Source: a virus | Reading direction: 5' to 3' (one strand) | IMG/VR virus record: IMGVR_UViG_3300044712_000936 | Coordinates: 1-64,000 of that record | DNA: 64,000 bases | Part shown: piece after piece, positions 63,648 to 64,000 of the stretch | How positions within the stretch are numbered: position 1 is the first letter of the stretch | Layout of the letters: every line of letters starts with the position of its first letter | Made by a program: the position numbers and the translations under genes | The notes under the pieces: model-generated | What the model was told of the DNA's origin: nothing | Databases searched by the model: none | The model's input: only the letters and a program-made list of their open reading frames with translations

Positions 63648-63771
63648 TGCGGGTCGTTTGGTGTACGTTACCGATGCTAACGGAGTGGTTAGAGGTTCGA
63701 ATCCTTTACCCCGGCAACGGGGTTAGCTCAATTGGTAGAGCACTTAACCGTATACCTACCTATTATCCGCA
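63648..63771 (+). ncRNA. YrlA-like Y RNA (circularly permuted tRNA mimic)
   Basis: T arm AGAGGTTCGAATCCTTT, then closed acceptor stem ACCCCG-GCAA-CGGGGT, then D arm TAGCTCAATTGGTAGAGC, enclosed by GGTGTACG/CGTATACC and TGCGGGT/ATCCGCA. Confidence 0.8.
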
Positions 63772-63786
63772 TGGTAATGAAAATGA

Positions 63787-63850
63787 ATCGGGTCGAATCG
63801 TTTTGGTTATCCTTTGACGATAATCACCAAGACGAGACAATTTATCCGGT
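63787..63850 (+). ncRNA. Y RNA-like small RNA
   Basis: ATCGGGT-CGAA...TT-ATCCGGT terminal stem; inner TCGTTTTGGT/ACCAAGACGA. Confidence 0.65.
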
Positions 63851-63865
63851 GATATAGCTTTGTAG

Positions 63866-63949
63866 TTTTGGGTCGCTGTATCAGGGTTATCTTATATCTG
63901 GCTACACGCTAGTGATAAACAACCACCCTGTACGACTTTAACCCGAAAA
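63866..63949 (+). ncRNA. Y RNA-like small RNA
   Basis: TTTTGGGT-CG...TTA-ACCCGAAAA terminal stem; inner CAGGGT/ACCCTG. Confidence 0.6.
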
Positions 63950-63951
63950 TG

Positions 63952-63983
63952 AGCAGACCGGAATTATTCCTGTCTGCTTTTTT
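63952..63983 (+). terminator. Intrinsic terminator closing the RNA array
   Basis: AGCAGAC...GTCTGCT-TTTTT; an SD (AGGAG) follows at the window edge. Confidence 0.75.
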
Positions 63984-64000
63984 ATTTATATAGCTAGGAG

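Noticed and set aside
63690-63745. Canonical tRNA gene
   Set aside because: The arms are in permuted order (T arm before D arm), the acceptor stem is closed by a loop, and there is no normal anticodon arm or CCA end.
63491-63817. 108-aa plus-strand ORF
   Set aside because: It overlaps the promoter and structured RNAs and has no SD; most likely incidental.
1-64000. Stop-codon reassignment, lysogeny module or endolysin
   Set aside because: Genes are full length in code 11 using all three stops, there is no suppressor tRNA, and no integrase, repressor or lysin motifs were recognised in this window.

Overview
64 kb of a large tailed dsDNA phage with siphovirus-type organisation (about 38-40% GC by eye, standard genetic code). 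A sortase and near-consensus sigma70/sigmaA promoters suggest a monoderm host; no integrase or endolysin is visible in the window. Minus strand, 1-32 kb, is morphogenesis: TerS, TerL, portal, protease/scaffold, major capsid protein, then a sortase and a ~10 kb glycosylation cassette (four glycosyltransferase genes, a UDP-GlcNAc dehydratase, an RmlD-like reductase, a SAM methyltransferase, a LamG protein), then head-tail adaptor, a tail tube fused to a beta-propeller, chaperones, tape measure, Dit and a truncated tail-tip protein. Minus strand, 32-47 kb, carries three DNA methyltransferases, ThyX, Dcd, a MazG-like protein, an Rnl1-type RNA ligase, two tRNAs, an HNH gene and structured ncRNA candidates. 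Transcription diverges at ~47.2-48 kb. The plus-strand arm starts with a ~6.5 kb block strongly enriched in GATC and long hairpins, followed by a strand-polarised CGTGCA motif, four paralogous Cys-rich proteins and an M28-like peptidase. The window ends in a promoter-driven array of four small structured RNAs: one is a circularly permuted tRNA mimic with YrlA Y-RNA architecture and one carries an anti-Shine-Dalgarno sequence. All counts are manual and all family calls come from motif recognition, not database searches.
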